From Carpediemonas membranifera BICM (Eukaryota; Protista; Fornicata): a stretch of 64,000 nucleotides of DNA. The DNA lies in the NCBI GenBank assembly GCA_019828565.1, contig JAHDYR010000012.1:744001-808000 (forward strand). The letters are read 5' to 3'. A program made the translations under genes and the position numbers. The notes under the pieces were generated by a model. The model saw only the letters and a program-made list of their open reading frames with translations, was not told the DNA's origin and did not search any database. Shown here one piece after another: positions 10,653 through 22,172 of the stretch (position 1 is its first letter; the number at the start of each line of letters is the position of its first letter).

Positions 10653-13600
10653 ATGCTCGCTGCTCTTCTCACTAGCTATGCCAAGACCAGTGACAGTGAA
10701 AAGCTCCCGAGCATACAAAAGCGAGTCTTAGACCTCATTCCGGTGATACGGTCACCGTCCGAGATCATTTCAGCAGAAAAATTTGTGATCGACCACCTAG
10801 GTGACCCTGAGCGTGCCATGGCCATCAGTATGATGATTCAGACGCTTTATCTACATCATGCTGCTGTTCTGGGCCCCACACGGTCACTTCCGTCTTTCTT
10901 ATCGATGCTGTCAATAACGTCATCCCCCACAACGCCCGCGAAGGTCCAGACAGCGGTGACACAGGCCGTCAAGGCCATCAGCGCCGTTGTGACAGCCGAC
11001 GACACTCGCCTCCAGGTTGTCCGGGCGGCGTGTGCCCGTGTGTCGGCCGACCTTGCCGCGACCCCCCTGCCCTCGACTCTGGGGTGTAACGTGGCCATCC
11101 TACGGCACATAGCGAACGCCAGCAAGGCAATCATGTGGACCCCGCCCAAAGAGCTGCTGGATAAGGCCGAGGCTGCCATTGACGGGCTCGACCGGGCGAG
11201 TGCGGACCCTGTCTGGGCCGGTGCCCTCATGCAGGCGTGTCTGAAGCTGTTACCCCCCGCCGACACGAAGAACAGGGACAGGATACTGATAGTGATGATG
11301 CGCAGGTGCCCCCGGACGGCCGTGCCGTCTCTCCGCGCGGCACTCCGGGCCGAGAGGGTCACACCGGGGCTCATCGGGGCGGCGACAGCCGTGTTTCACC
11401 AGCCCAGACCGCCCAGACACCAGCAGGTTGTGTCCACGTTGACCAACCGCGTGACTGCCGATGAGGGCGCGATGGCAGTCTTCGTCGAGTCCGTGCGGGC
11501 CTCCTACTGCAGCCGGGGCGACGGTAAGAACTCCGTCATGCCGTTCACCCTAGCCCTGTTCAACGCCGGGAACGCAGGGGCCGAGGAGACGCGCGCCCTG
11601 CTGGACTTCAGGACGAGCGGACACGCAGTGCCCCAGCTTGGTCGTGCCCTCGTTGACGTCGACCCGTCCAGCCCCAGCGGGCCCCATCTCAAGGTGCTGC
11701 ACCTCGCCATCGCGTCTCTGTCCGCGGGTGACGTCCCCAGCCATGCCCTGCGCCGGTTCCTGCCCAGGCCCAAGAGCGGACGGCACGCCCCGCTGCTGCC
11801 CGTGGTGGCCCGGCTCCTGGCCGAGCAGGGCGACCCCTTGTATGCCCGGTCCATCGCCCATCTGTGGGGGCAAGGCCGCGGGGTCGACCTGTCCGTCGTG
11901 CAGACCTTCCAGTTCCTGGCCGACCGGCCCCGGTTCAAACCGACCGCGGGCCTCGCCCCCTACATCGCAGCACTGGCCATCGGTCGGCCCAATGACAGCA
12001 GCCCCGGCCCAGCCCCTGCTGCACTGGGCGATCGCTGGTCCGTGGGGTATAACGAGTTCGTGGTGGCCATCGGGGCGGGTCTGGGGATCGACCAGAGCAG
12101 GGAGACCCTCGTGGACATGCTCGCGGCCACGGGGCAGGCTCTGGTGCGGGACCAGGTGGCGCTGTCTACGGCCGAGGTGTCCGAGGCTATCGTCGCGGCC
12201 CGTTTCCCTAATCTCAACCGCATGCCCTGCTTCCAGATCCTCGACCGGCTGCTGCAGGCCGTGCCGACCTCGACTACATGGCCCAATGACATCGCTGCCG
12301 TCACGGCGGTCGAGCTGGTCGCCCAGATTCACACGAGAGCCCTCGCCCTGCTGGCCGGGGCCACCAGCCCGCCCCTGCGGCACGCTGTCGGCGTCGACGT
12401 CCTCGCATGGGTGCGGTCCTCGGCAGTGGGGCTGATCAGGGCTGCCCTGCACATCGGATCGTTCGCTGCGGCCGCCACGGCTGCATTCATCCAGAGCACG
12501 CACCTTAAGGACAAGCTCGAGCGGTGTGGCGCCCTGGGGCTCTGTTCGCCGCCATCAGTCGGCACGGCGAAGAGCAGCGTTCCGTCGATCGCGGGCTTCG
12601 TCGCGCTTAACGTCCTCGAGTGCGCTGCCCTGCAAGCAATGGGCCACAACGCGCGGGCGGCGGGTGTCCTGGCGCAGCTGGAGCACCACACGCTGGCGCC
12701 CTCTGTCGGGCAGGCCGGCCATGACACCCTGGCCCTGGGGGTCCGGCTGTGCTCCGACCTTGCCGCCGTCCGACCCGACGACGTGGGGCCCCTTGTCGAG
12801 ATGTACCCGCCCTTCCCCGTGCCCGAGTTCCTGCATGTCTGCACCGCACTCGCCCTGCTGCAGCAGAACGCCAACCCCCCCGCCATCACTGGTCTGCCCC
12901 GCTGGCCCAAGCGGTCGGCCCCGGGAGGAGGCGGCTGGACGGGGCGAGTTGTCGCGGCGGGGCTGCTCAAGGGCGGGAACCAGCGCTGCCTCGTTGCCCG
13001 GGCGTATTCGCTGCATGCCTCGGCCTTCAGCGGGGTGGGTGCGCTTATCATCCGGCAGGCACCCCTCAGCACTCCCCTCTCCCTTGGACCCCGTCCCACA
13101 GCCGCGCCGGTCATTGCCGCAGACGTCGATGCTCTTATTGCGGCCGGCAAGCCCGCGTCTGCTGCCATAGCCCTGTCAGCCGAGGCTACCAGATCCGGGG
13201 TCGCGGCCGTCACGGACCGGGTCATGGCGATCGCCCAGTCGGGTCCCCAGGGCCGGTCCGTGCTCGACCGGCTGCTGCCCCTGCTCGTCGATTCCGCGCA
13301 CACCGCTGACGGCGCCGCCCTACTGAGAGCCGTCGCCGCGGTCGTGCCCGACTCTGTGAGGGTGAGGGCGCTCGCCCGGGCCAACACCTCTGGTGATCTC
13401 CCCCCGGTGTCGGTCGACCCCCGCTTCCAGGAGCTTCACCACTCGCCCCTGGAGCGGCTGTGCTTCTCACACCGGACGCCCCTCCTCAGCAAGGACGGCG
13501 GGCTGCTCCGGGCGTCGCTGCCATTCCTGGACTCCATCGACCTCCAGACGGCCATGGCCCCTGTCCGACGGGTTGCGACGTGGATGTCGTCCTTTGACCC

Positions 13601-15218
13601 GCAGCCTGGCTCCGTTATCACCGACGCCGTGACGCACGTCGAAGACCTCGTCGAGTCCGTCCTCGCCAGCCCCACCCGGTCGAGGCGAGCGATCCTCGAC
13701 ACTCTCGTAGCCTACCTCTTCGACCTGCCCCGCATCATCGAGGGCGCCCTCCCAGTCGGGCACCAGGCGGTGGGACCCGTGACGATGTCCGTGCCTGGCG
13801 TCGGGAAGGTCACCGTCGACGGGTGGCAGTCCCTCGAGACAAAGACACGCCCCAAGCTCGTCGGGCTGGGTCATGGCCGGTCAATGCTGGTCAAGTCCCG
13901 AGACGACCTCAGATCGGACGAGCGCGTCCTCACTCTGTTTGAGTCGATCGCGGAGCTCACAGGATTACCGGTCGAGACGTACGCCGTGACACCAGTCCGG
14001 GACGCGGTGCCGTCGTCACAGGCGATCGGCGGCGGCATCGTCGAGATCAGGCAGGGCTTCACGCCCCTCTTCACCCTGCTGCCGCCCGCTGCCCTCGCCA
14101 AGGCCATCTCAGATCCCGACAGCCGCAGTTTCGTCCGCCTTCCCGCGGCCCTGGCCGAGCTCGCCGTGGGCTCTAGGGCGCCCGTCCCGGATCCCATGCC
14201 CGCGGAGCTGGCGGGGCGGGTGTACCGGAAGGCGCGGTCGATGGTCGACCCCCTCATCGGGCTGTACCACCTCTCGGCCGCAAATGCATCCTCGGAGCGG
14301 CTCCTCGCTGCCTGCGATCGGGCCCTCCAGACGTCGATTGTCCCCTCGGCGGCCGGGACGCTGGTCGACCTCAGAGACCGTCACCTCCACAATATCATGC
14401 TGGCGGACAACGGGTCGGTGCTCCACATCGACCACAGCGTCACATTCGGCACGGACCGGCTGCTGCCCCACCCGGACACCGTCCCGTTCCGTCTCACAGG
14501 CATCATTCAGGGGATCGTCGGACCCGGCGGCGTCGGCGCTCTTGCTAGCGGTATCGACGACGTGTTTGCAGCGGTCGACCGGCCCACTATCGTCGATGGC
14601 CTGCTTGCCCCCCTGTGCGGCGGCCCCGGCCTGTCCGCCTGGGACTCACCTCACCGCCGGGCCGAGCTCGCCCGCTGCCAGCTGCTGACCCACACGGCCG
14701 CCGTCCTGGCCGCAATCCCCGACTTGTCCGCGCGGGATGCCTTCAGGTTCGAGGGGCGGTTTGAGACCGAGGCCGAATCCACGTTCGACCGACGCGTCCA
14801 GGGCCACCGCATGGCAGTCGCCCGATTCGCGGCTGACTGCAGGGAGCTCGTCGCTGCCATGCGCCGCGTGTGCGAGCTACCGGCCGCGGCCGAGCATACG
14901 TGGGAGGGCGACTTTGCCCGTGAGGCCCGCACCGTGTTGGCGTACATCGACCGCTGGTCTGCGGCCGACAGCGATGTGCTGGACTCGCCCAGCTCGGCAC
15001 TGACGGCCCTGAAGACGCTGGCGGCATCGATACCGCGCCATATCGTCACCGCGGGGACAACGAATGACTGCATTGTCAACAATGACGAGTCGAGCCGCCT
15101 GGACCGCTTCATGACTGCGGCAACTGGGCCATGTGAGGCCGGCTGGGACCTGGTGCGGCGTGCAACGGACCCCGAGACGCTGGCGGCCGTCTACAGCGGC
15201 TGGGTCGGGTACGTCTGA
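10653..15218 (+). CDS. SMG1: PIKK-family kinase, SMG1-like, shortened and divergent
   Basis: TKTRPKL, VKSRDDLRSDERV, DRHLHNIML, HIDHS, VPFRLT, and FATC end ATDPETLAAVYSGWVGYV. TKTxPK and DERxxx are SMG1-type motifs. First ATG at 10653. Confidence 0.78.
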   Translation: MLAALLTSYAKTSDSEKLPSIQKRVLDLIPVIRSPSEIISAEKFVIDHLGDPERAMAISMMIQTLYLHHAAVLGPTRSLPSFLSMLSITSSPTTPAKVQTAVTQAVKAISAVVTADDTRLQVVRAACARVSADLAATPLPSTLGCNVAILRHIANASKAIMWTPPKELLDKAEAAIDGLDRASADPVWAGALMQACLKLLPPADTKNRDRILIVMMRRCPRTAVPSLRAALRAERVTPGLIGAATAVFHQPRPPRHQQVVSTLTNRVTADEGAMAVFVESVRASYCSRGDGKNSVMPFTLALFNAGNAGAEETRALLDFRTSGHAVPQLGRALVDVDPSSPSGPHLKVLHLAIASLSAGDVPSHALRRFLPRPKSGRHAPLLPVVARLLAEQGDPLYARSIAHLWGQGRGVDLSVVQTFQFLADRPRFKPTAGLAPYIAALAIGRPNDSSPGPAPAALGDRWSVGYNEFVVAIGAGLGIDQSRETLVDMLAATGQALVRDQVALSTAEVSEAIVAARFPNLNRMPCFQILDRLLQAVPTSTTWPNDIAAVTAVELVAQIHTRALALLAGATSPPLRHAVGVDVLAWVRSSAVGLIRAALHIGSFAAAATAAFIQSTHLKDKLERCGALGLCSPPSVGTAKSSVPSIAGFVALNVLECAALQAMGHNARAAGVLAQLEHHTLAPSVGQAGHDTLALGVRLCSDLAAVRPDDVGPLVEMYPPFPVPEFLHVCTALALLQQNANPPAITGLPRWPKRSAPGGGGWTGRVVAAGLLKGGNQRCLVARAYSLHASAFSGVGALIIRQAPLSTPLSLGPRPTAAPVIAADVDALIAAGKPASAAIALSAEATRSGVAAVTDRVMAIAQSGPQGRSVLDRLLPLLVDSAHTADGAALLRAVAAVVPDSVRVRALARANTSGDLPPVSVDPRFQELHHSPLERLCFSHRTPLLSKDGGLLRASLPFLDSIDLQTAMAPVRRVATWMSSFDPQPGSVITDAVTHVEDLVESVLASPTRSRRAILDTLVAYLFDLPRIIEGALPVGHQAVGPVTMSVPGVGKVTVDGWQSLETKTRPKLVGLGHGRSMLVKSRDDLRSDERVLTLFESIAELTGLPVETYAVTPVRDAVPSSQAIGGGIVEIRQGFTPLFTLLPPAALAKAISDPDSRSFVRLPAALAELAVGSRAPVPDPMPAELAGRVYRKARSMVDPLIGLYHLSAANASSERLLAACDRALQTSIVPSAAGTLVDLRDRHLHNIMLADNGSVLHIDHSVTFGTDRLLPHPDTVPFRLTGIIQGIVGPGGVGALASGIDDVFAAVDRPTIVDGLLAPLCGGPGLSAWDSPHRRAELARCQLLTHTAAVLAAIPDLSARDAFRFEGRFETEAESTFDRRVQGHRMAVARFAADCRELVAAMRRVCELPAAAEHTWEGDFAREARTVLAYIDRWSAADSDVLDSPSSALTALKTLAASIPRHIVTAGTTNDCIVNNDESSRLDRFMTAATGPCEAGWDLVRRATDPETLAAVYSGWVGYV

Positions 15219-17220
15219 GGGCTCAGTGACAGGCCCAGGTCGCGAGCTGATATAAAGGCAGGCATGTGGGTTGAGTTCTATTCCACTTCTCCCTCTTCAA
15301 TGGTGGATTTCCCAATCCAATTGTATTCTGTAGAGACCAAACTTAAGCTCCAATCACACCGTGGAGATCACAAGTGCGATAGATAAGAAGAGACGGGTGT
15401 TCTCGGATAGTGAGAGAGGCCATCAGAGCTGCTGTGTGCTGGTGAACGGCTCGGGCCAAAAACAACAACAACAAACAGGAACAGAGACGGCAAGCAGCGA
15501 GGGCCTGCCAGGAACGATGCTCAGATTCCCCATTTTTTGGTTTTCTGTTGGGTTGAGCTTGGGTGAAAAGCTGCCGATTTCATCATCAACGATAGTCGAA
15601 TCAACGCAAAATGTATCCTGTGATTCCCGCTAACATCAATAGTGAGTAGAATCTGGGCTGATCGCCTTAATATTACCAAATTTTTGACAAATAGTGTGTG
15701 CACTATTGTCGAAGCCAGAATAAATGACGCATTCATTCTCGACTTCATGCGTCATAATTGTATTGATTCTCATGGCCTATGGGATTGAGACGCGAATACG
15801 TTTTGGTCTTATGATGGACCAAGGGGCCTCCGAGAAAGATATAATGAAGCAACTCGGCATAATAAGCCGGTCAACAGTCACACGTTGGAAACGGTTGTAC
15901 TATACGCACCAAGGAACGATCAAGAAGCGGAAGCGGGAACACAAATCGACTATGAAGCACGACAAGTTGATAATGCGAGCTGTTGCTAGGTGCGAGGATG
16001 AAGACAGACAGTTCACTGCTGCTGATCTTCGAGGCATGCTAGCAGGCTGGGTAGAAGACCCTCCCTCCGTATCTCACCTCCGCCGCTGGCTCAAGAAGCA
16101 CCGCTACAACTACAAGCTGGGCCTCAAGATGTGGTATGAGAGCGACCCCACACGTATCGGTGAGTTCTGGGCCGAGTACGCCACGGTAATCCGCCCTCAG
16201 CACGCGTTCAAAGATCTTGTCTTCTTAGACGAGACCTCCTTCGACCCCCATCAGGCACGAACCAAGGGGTGGATGGCCGTGGGCGACTCGGTGAGCAGGG
16301 CCAGCGGGAAAGTTGTGGAAAGAAAAGAAAGAAATTTATGGTGCTTGGATTCTGACCCCGGACTGAGCTTGTTTCCCGTTGTCTTGGAGCTGAGTGCCCC
16401 GGGGTACTGCCTATTTCCCGTGGCAAACTGGTCAGCAGCGTTTGCCTTGGGCTTTCGGTGCTACTGTCTCCGCGGAAAGCCGATTCCAATCGCCCCAGAG
16501 GCCCTGCGGCCATCTCCGTGCAAATATGCTTTCCTGTCTCCCTGAAAGTCCGGCAACTATCCGGGGAGCCTGGGGGTCTGTCCTCGGGGCATTGACAGGC
16601 AGGATCGTCCTGCAGAACCTTGACTATGACACTCCTTGCTTCCCTGCAGTCCTTGTAGAGCCGTTCAGCCACGGCACCCTCTCGTCTGTCCGGTTCCCCA
16701 ATTCCATGCCCCCTCGACTCTGTTAAGAGGCCTACCCGAAGGCGGGGAAAGTGAATAAGTCCATGCTGTCTACCCCGGTTAGGTGGCGTGGGTCAGCGGC
16801 AGCCCCAGGCACTAGGCCTGGTTGTCCTGTTACCCCTTACAACATTTCGCTTGCACTACATGTCCTTGGTTTCCCATGTCGTTAACAAGGGCGGCAGGGG
16901 CACCTGTGCCCCTCCGACCCCCGTGGCCAGTCCCTGCAGTTTCCTTGGGGTCCCAACGAGTGGTGCAACCATATGAATATGGATTTCCTTGACCTTATCC
17001 TTGCTCTGTCCTTGTTGCATGTCCTTTCTTTCTTATTTCTGGTCTGTCCTTCCTGTTAATTCCTTGCAGTCGTTCCTTCCCTTGCTTTGGTTCCTGGCTA
17101 CCGGGATACGTGGGGCCTTTCCTCACTGATCCCAGGAGCTTAGCACCAGCGAGGGTGGTCCATGGCTGATTCCTTGTCCATCCCCTCCCGGTCCTGGAGT
17201 CAGGGGTTCATGACATGCTT

Positions 17221-18339
17221 CTATTCCACCTTGAAGCTGTTGTAAACCTTTGCCAGTTCCCGTAGTCCTGCCGTGAGGCCTTCCCAAATGTCTATTTCTG
17301 TCCATGGGGTTCGCTGGAGTTCGCTCCACACTCCGTTCCCGAACACTTTGTCCCTTGCCTTTGCTCCCCTGTTGTTCACTGGGTCGCCCATGCATGCTCT
17401 TATAGTCTCTTCCCATTGGTCCGAGCTCTTGATCCTGTTCAGCTTTGAGACTGTGACTGGCCCCTCCTTCTTTTTCATGGGCCAGGTGTGCACCTCGGGT
17501 ATGGCCAGAGCCACGTCTCGCTCACTTCTGCCATAGTACCGTTGTTCCTTCCATGCTAGTGTGATTCCATTGTGTGCTGAGCCCCATACCCCGACCTTCT
17601 GAGACTCTACCACCTCAATCTCCGCCCCCTGGATTCCTGGTGTTGTCACTGCAAAGTCCGGGGTTGATGTTCCTGATGTGAGCGTCCCAGACTTGGGTAT
17701 GATGGCTTTGAGCCTGTGCTTCTCCATCATATCCTTCCACCGGGTGGATCTTTCCATCTGGCCTGGGTCGATGTTCCAGTCTCCCATAATTATGGCCTCC
17801 ATGCTCCCTTTCATGTCCATGATCTTCTGTATAGTGTCCCTGAATCCATCCTTCTCCTGCTTGCTGTGGCCGGATGGAGGGCCATACACGTTGATGACTA
17901 GTATGTCCCTGCCGGTTCTCATTATGCTGGCTTGCACTCTTCCCGATAGGCTGTCCGTTATGCCGATGTCCCACTTTGCAGTTGCGTGTGGGCTCACTCT
18001 CGTGCCGATGCCTTCCCTTGTTCCCTTCCATCTTGGCGCAGGTTCGTCATTGCCTGCTATGCCTAGTTGTCGGTTGATGCGGTGCTGACTTTTGACATCC
18101 GCCTTTCGTTTTTCGTTGGCTAAGACCAGGTCCTCTTCCGTCTCCCTCCCTGCTAGTGCGTAGTCAAGGTCCATGAAGCAATGAACCCTCGTATTCGCCG
18201 TTCTCCATGTCTCTTGTATGAGTACTGCCTCTATGTCCTTCAACCTTAGCTGAATCGCCGTTGCCATAGACGCCGTGAAGTCCTTTCCTCTTCCTATGTG
18301 TCCCTCTGTGTTCAGACTAAGTATCTTGTAGGTTACCAT
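17221..18339 (-). CDS. LINE-B ORF2: APE endonuclease fused in frame to the extreme C-terminus, RT absent
   Basis: LSLNTEG, IQETW, GIG, NVYGP, GDWN, PDF, SAHN; no RT motifs. Confidence 0.9.
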   Translation of the reverse strand: MVTYKILSLNTEGHIGRGKDFTASMATAIQLRLKDIEAVLIQETWRTANTRVHCFMDLDYALAGRETEEDLVLANEKRKADVKSQHRINRQLGIAGNDEPAPRWKGTREGIGTRVSPHATAKWDIGITDSLSGRVQASIMRTGRDILVINVYGPPSGHSKQEKDGFRDTIQKIMDMKGSMEAIIMGDWNIDPGQMERSTRWKDMMEKHRLKAIIPKSGTLTSGTSTPDFAVTTPGIQGAEIEVVESQKVGVWGSAHNGITLAWKEQRYYGRSERDVALAIPEVHTWPMKKKEGPVTVSKLNRIKSSDQWEETIRACMGDPVNNRGAKARDKVFGNGVWSELQRTPWTEIDIWEGLTAGLRELAKVYNSFKVE

Positions 18340-18669
18340 TGCCTTTGTCCTGTTTCCTTATCCTGCGAATTCCCAGAATTTGGGAGCCCCAGCTTCCCGC
18401 TCCTCTCCTGCTATCCTTGTCCTAACAAGGGGCCTAGATGCCGGTCTCGGTGACCCTTGTCAGGCCAACCTTGTTACCACCTGGTGACCTTCCATTCTTC
18501 GGGCAGGGTACTTAGGAGGGGACGATATGACGTGACCCCCCTTTGGCTGCCGCTACAGCCTACCGGCAGTGCATTTCAGCTAATGCCGGGCCCTGGGTGG
18601 GAGCCAGGGCTTGTGAATTATAAAGAAAATGTTGCTTGTTCCTTGAAAGAATACTGCTTTACCATGTCC

Positions 18670-21600
18670 TTACTCCTCCTCCGTGGACTCCCCACTGCCG
18701 CTGCAGCTGTCCTCGGCCTGACTCACTTGCTGTCCTTGTAGACTCTGCATTACCGTGATGAACTGGGTCATCAGGTCCATGGGTGAGATCTGCTTGGCCT
18801 TCTTAGCCTTCTTGTGCTTGTGCCGGGGGATCGTGGGCTTCTCCTTGCTGGGCTTAGTCGCGACGCCGGAGAGCACCAACCTTCCGTGGCCTTGCTCTTG
18901 CATGAGTCGGGCAGCCTTGAGCGCTGAGATCTCTTGTTGCGCCTCTGCCAACTGCTTTCGGAGCCGCAGCTTCTCCGAGTCCATGCCGGTTGCCTGTCTG
19001 CTTCCAGACTCCCAGTCCATGTCCTCTTCGTGCCTGCTTCTCTTTCCGCTGTCCGAGTCCATGATCCTACTCGTGCTGCCCTCCTTGCGCTTGAGCGTCG
19101 TGGAGGAAGAGTGATCCTTGCTGTTGTCCATGCCTCCCTCTGAGCCTCTACCGGCCCAGGTGTTCCCGCTGAACGAGCCTCTCATCTGCGTTCCCGTGTT
19201 GTCCTGTCTCTCCCTGTCGTCTCCTCCGTGGTTACGATCCGAGGTCCTGTTCATGTTACCAGCTCTGTCGCCGGTTCTGTCGTCAGCTCTGACACCAGCT
19301 CTACCGCCGGCTCCGTGTCCTACCCTTCTGTCCTCTTCCCTGTCTCCATGCTGGTCGTGATGTCCTTGATCCGCGTCCTGGCCGAAGTGCCTGCCCACCA
19401 TCCTGGTGCTAATCCGCCTCGCCTTTTCCTCCAGGCCGTTGTCGAAGAACCTACTTTGGTATGGCTGTTCGGACTTTCCGTCGATGGTGGGGACATACGT
19501 GATGCCTGGGACATTGACTGTGTTGGCTCTGGGCTCGTCCGGGATAGCTGCCGAGACTAGTCTGGCCCCTTCCTTGCGCATGCGGCTTAGGATGGTCCCA
19601 GCCTCGCTGACCCTGACCATGCCCCAGTCTCTCGGGATGAAGCTCGCCCCTAGGGTGATCCTACCCCTGTTCCTGGGGGCCTTGACGTTGACTATGACCT
19701 TCTCATAGTCCCTGAGGCTCTCTGCTAGGTCGTCGCAGCCCCAGACTCCTTGATGAGCCGTAGCCTCCTTCGAGGGCCACCACTCGTATAGCATGGCCAT
19801 GGTTATGATGTCCTCCTCCCTTGCTGCCCCTAGGCCCTTCCTGACGCGTACCATGCGGAGCTGGTTAGCCGTGGCTCTTCCATGATGGTCCATAGCGGGC
19901 TTCTCTCCAGTACACCTTCGTTGTCCATGATTGTGAGGGGGGGCCAGTAAGATGCCCTTCATGCCCAACAGAACCTCCCCGAACCCGAAGCCGATGCCGA
20001 AGCGGTGTCCGTTGTCCGGGACTACGAGGATCCTGTCGCCGACTTCCCTGCTGACGTCCCTTGCGTCCCCGATCGGGTACGTGCCGAAGATCTCAAAGGT
20101 GTCCCTCCTTGTCGCGAATTCCGGGCCTCCCATGATATCCATGCCCGGCTCCGCCTTCCCGACTGCTTCCATGGTCTTGTCGAGTGCCTTACCCATGTAG
20201 TGGTAGACGTCTGGGGTGCTCATCCTCTCCTTGCATAGGGCCCTGATCCTGGCTGTGAAGACTACTGTATCCGCCAACCCACAGTGGTAGCAACCCGCGG
20301 TGTGTCTGTGGTACGGACAGACTCCCTTGGGCTCGCTCCTGTTCTGCCATCCATTTGACCATGTTGTTACTGCTTCCAGGTAGTTGGCCTTGTCGAGGTT
20401 GTCCCTGAGGTTTTGGCCAGCCTCCTCCTTGCCGTTGTTCTCCAGGATCTCTGGTAGCTTCTTCTCGTCCACCAGCCTAGCTTGGAAGAATTCCCTGGTT
20501 CCTTGCTCCAGTCCATTTGTGGGGTTCGTGAGGAGGAAGCTTTCCATCTCCACCCCCTTTGCATACATGATTATCTTCCAACCCTCCGACCTTTCGATCC
20601 TTGCCAGCTGAGCCGCCAGGCGGTTGGCCCAGTCCCTGAAAGTATGTATGTGCTTCTCATACTCGATCGGCGGCCGCCCCGTCCCGACCTCCACGAAGGT
20701 GGCCGGCGGCAGCCCCGTCACTGCCCATGCCGTGTACCTCGCTTGGTCCATGCTTGCTGCCGGTATGTCCTGGTAATACAGGCCATGCCCGTGTCCAAGA
20801 ATGTCCCCAGTGCTGAGGTCAAAGAGTACGATCCCGCCCTCAACCGGGATGGCAGGGATCCCTGCCTTCTTGACGCCAGGGTCTGCGCACTCGAAGTCGA
20901 TGGCTCCGATCACCAGTCGTTTCTCCTTGTCCTTTCTAGGCATCCTCGGCGGCTGGCTGCTGACCTTGTTTGAGTCGACCTCCTCGTCCTGGTCGATCTT
21001 GCCTTGGTTGGCCCCGACCATGTCCTTGTTCACTTCCAGGAGGCTGTCGTCGAGGCTTCTTCTGCCGGGCATGGTGGCCTGCTGGCGTCGTTCCTCCTTG
21101 TCCTTGACATGTTGCTCCTCGTCTCCGTCGATGACCGTGCTAGCGGACGACCTGTCCAGATCGGCATGTTCGTCCCTATTGCTGCGGACCGAGGTGGCCT
21201 TGAGCACTTCCAGCCTCACCTTCCGGAACGGCGGCTCGTTGCTAAGGGGGTCTCCTCCCCTTCGCCCAGGATATTGGTTCTGCCCTTCAGGTAGATCCCT
21301 GACTTGTTCCATGCTGCCTGCCATATGGCCGGGGCCTCCGGTGCCTGAAGCCTGAGGATGTCCCTAGCCTCCTCCATGAAGCGGCTGATGGACCATGCTG
21401 ACGTGTCGCTTAGCTCTAGGATGACCCTGTACTTGCCGTCCTCTTGCTCGTAGGCCACTCTGGTGACCGGGCCTTGGTTTGCCGGATCCCATACCTTGTC
21501 GTAAGGCACGCCTTCTACGGCCTCGTCTCCATGAGCCCCTGATACCAGTATGAACGACCCTTCGGCCTTCTTGACGCTGTCCCTGTCTACATCCCATTCG

Positions 21601-22172
21601 ATGGGCCCATCTTCCTTCGGCTTGAGGATCGCCGTCTCGATGTCCTTCTCAGATGGCCATCTTGCCATGCCAGTGAAGCCCGCTTTCAGCGTCTTGGGCT
21701 CCAGTGCCTGTGCCATGTCCTTTGCTTCCTCGTCTCTGGGGTTGAGCGCCTCTGTGAGCATGTAGAAAAGGTCGCGGAGGCCGTGGATGCCGCATGGGTT
21801 CCTGAGGATGATGTCCTTGTTGTCAGTGACGCCGGTTGCGAAGAGGATGCGTCTGGCGTTCATGATTACTTCCTTGCGTCCTTTGGAGTTCGCATTGAGC
21901 GACTTTCCTGTAAACTTGCCTGTTCTACGAAGAAGTAGAGTCCTTGAATCGTTCCTTTCAGCGAGGAAGCTGTCCAGTAGTTCCCTGATGTCCTCCCACT
22001 GCTTCTGCGTGGAATCCCTGATCCTTGTCGGTATTTCTACCTGCATTGTTGAGTGCAAAATTTCTCCCCTTTTCCTAGTCCATAAACTGGGTCGGAATTT
22101 TTGGGTCCGAAAGTCGGGCCACATGTACATATCCGGGTGAGGTCTCCGTCCAGGCCTTCCAGTTTCTCCCAT
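18670..22172 (-). CDS. LINE-B ORF1 (about 1167 aa consensus) with MAEL/DEDDh exonuclease domain
   Basis: One frameshift in the G run near 21246, intact in copy 2. Motifs IDFEC..PVE..AKGVEME..CPYH..HCGLAD at ~20265-20916. Confidence 0.85.

Noticed and set aside
8290-15112. Numerous long antisense and alternative-frame ORFs over host genes (also 55.9-64 kb)
   Set aside because: Expected shadows of GC3-rich coding sequence, with no motifs.
15325-15350. TATTCTGTAGAGACCAAACTTAAG resembling the transposon right TIR
   Set aside because: No partner was found, and the better-matching TIR at 15706 explains the element.
15724-16545. ORF-track proteins 4978..6468, 15724..16545, 22377..23069, 28834..29718 and the tail of 35764..38295 as novel fusion genes
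   Set aside because: They are read-throughs across insertion junctions or frameshifts.
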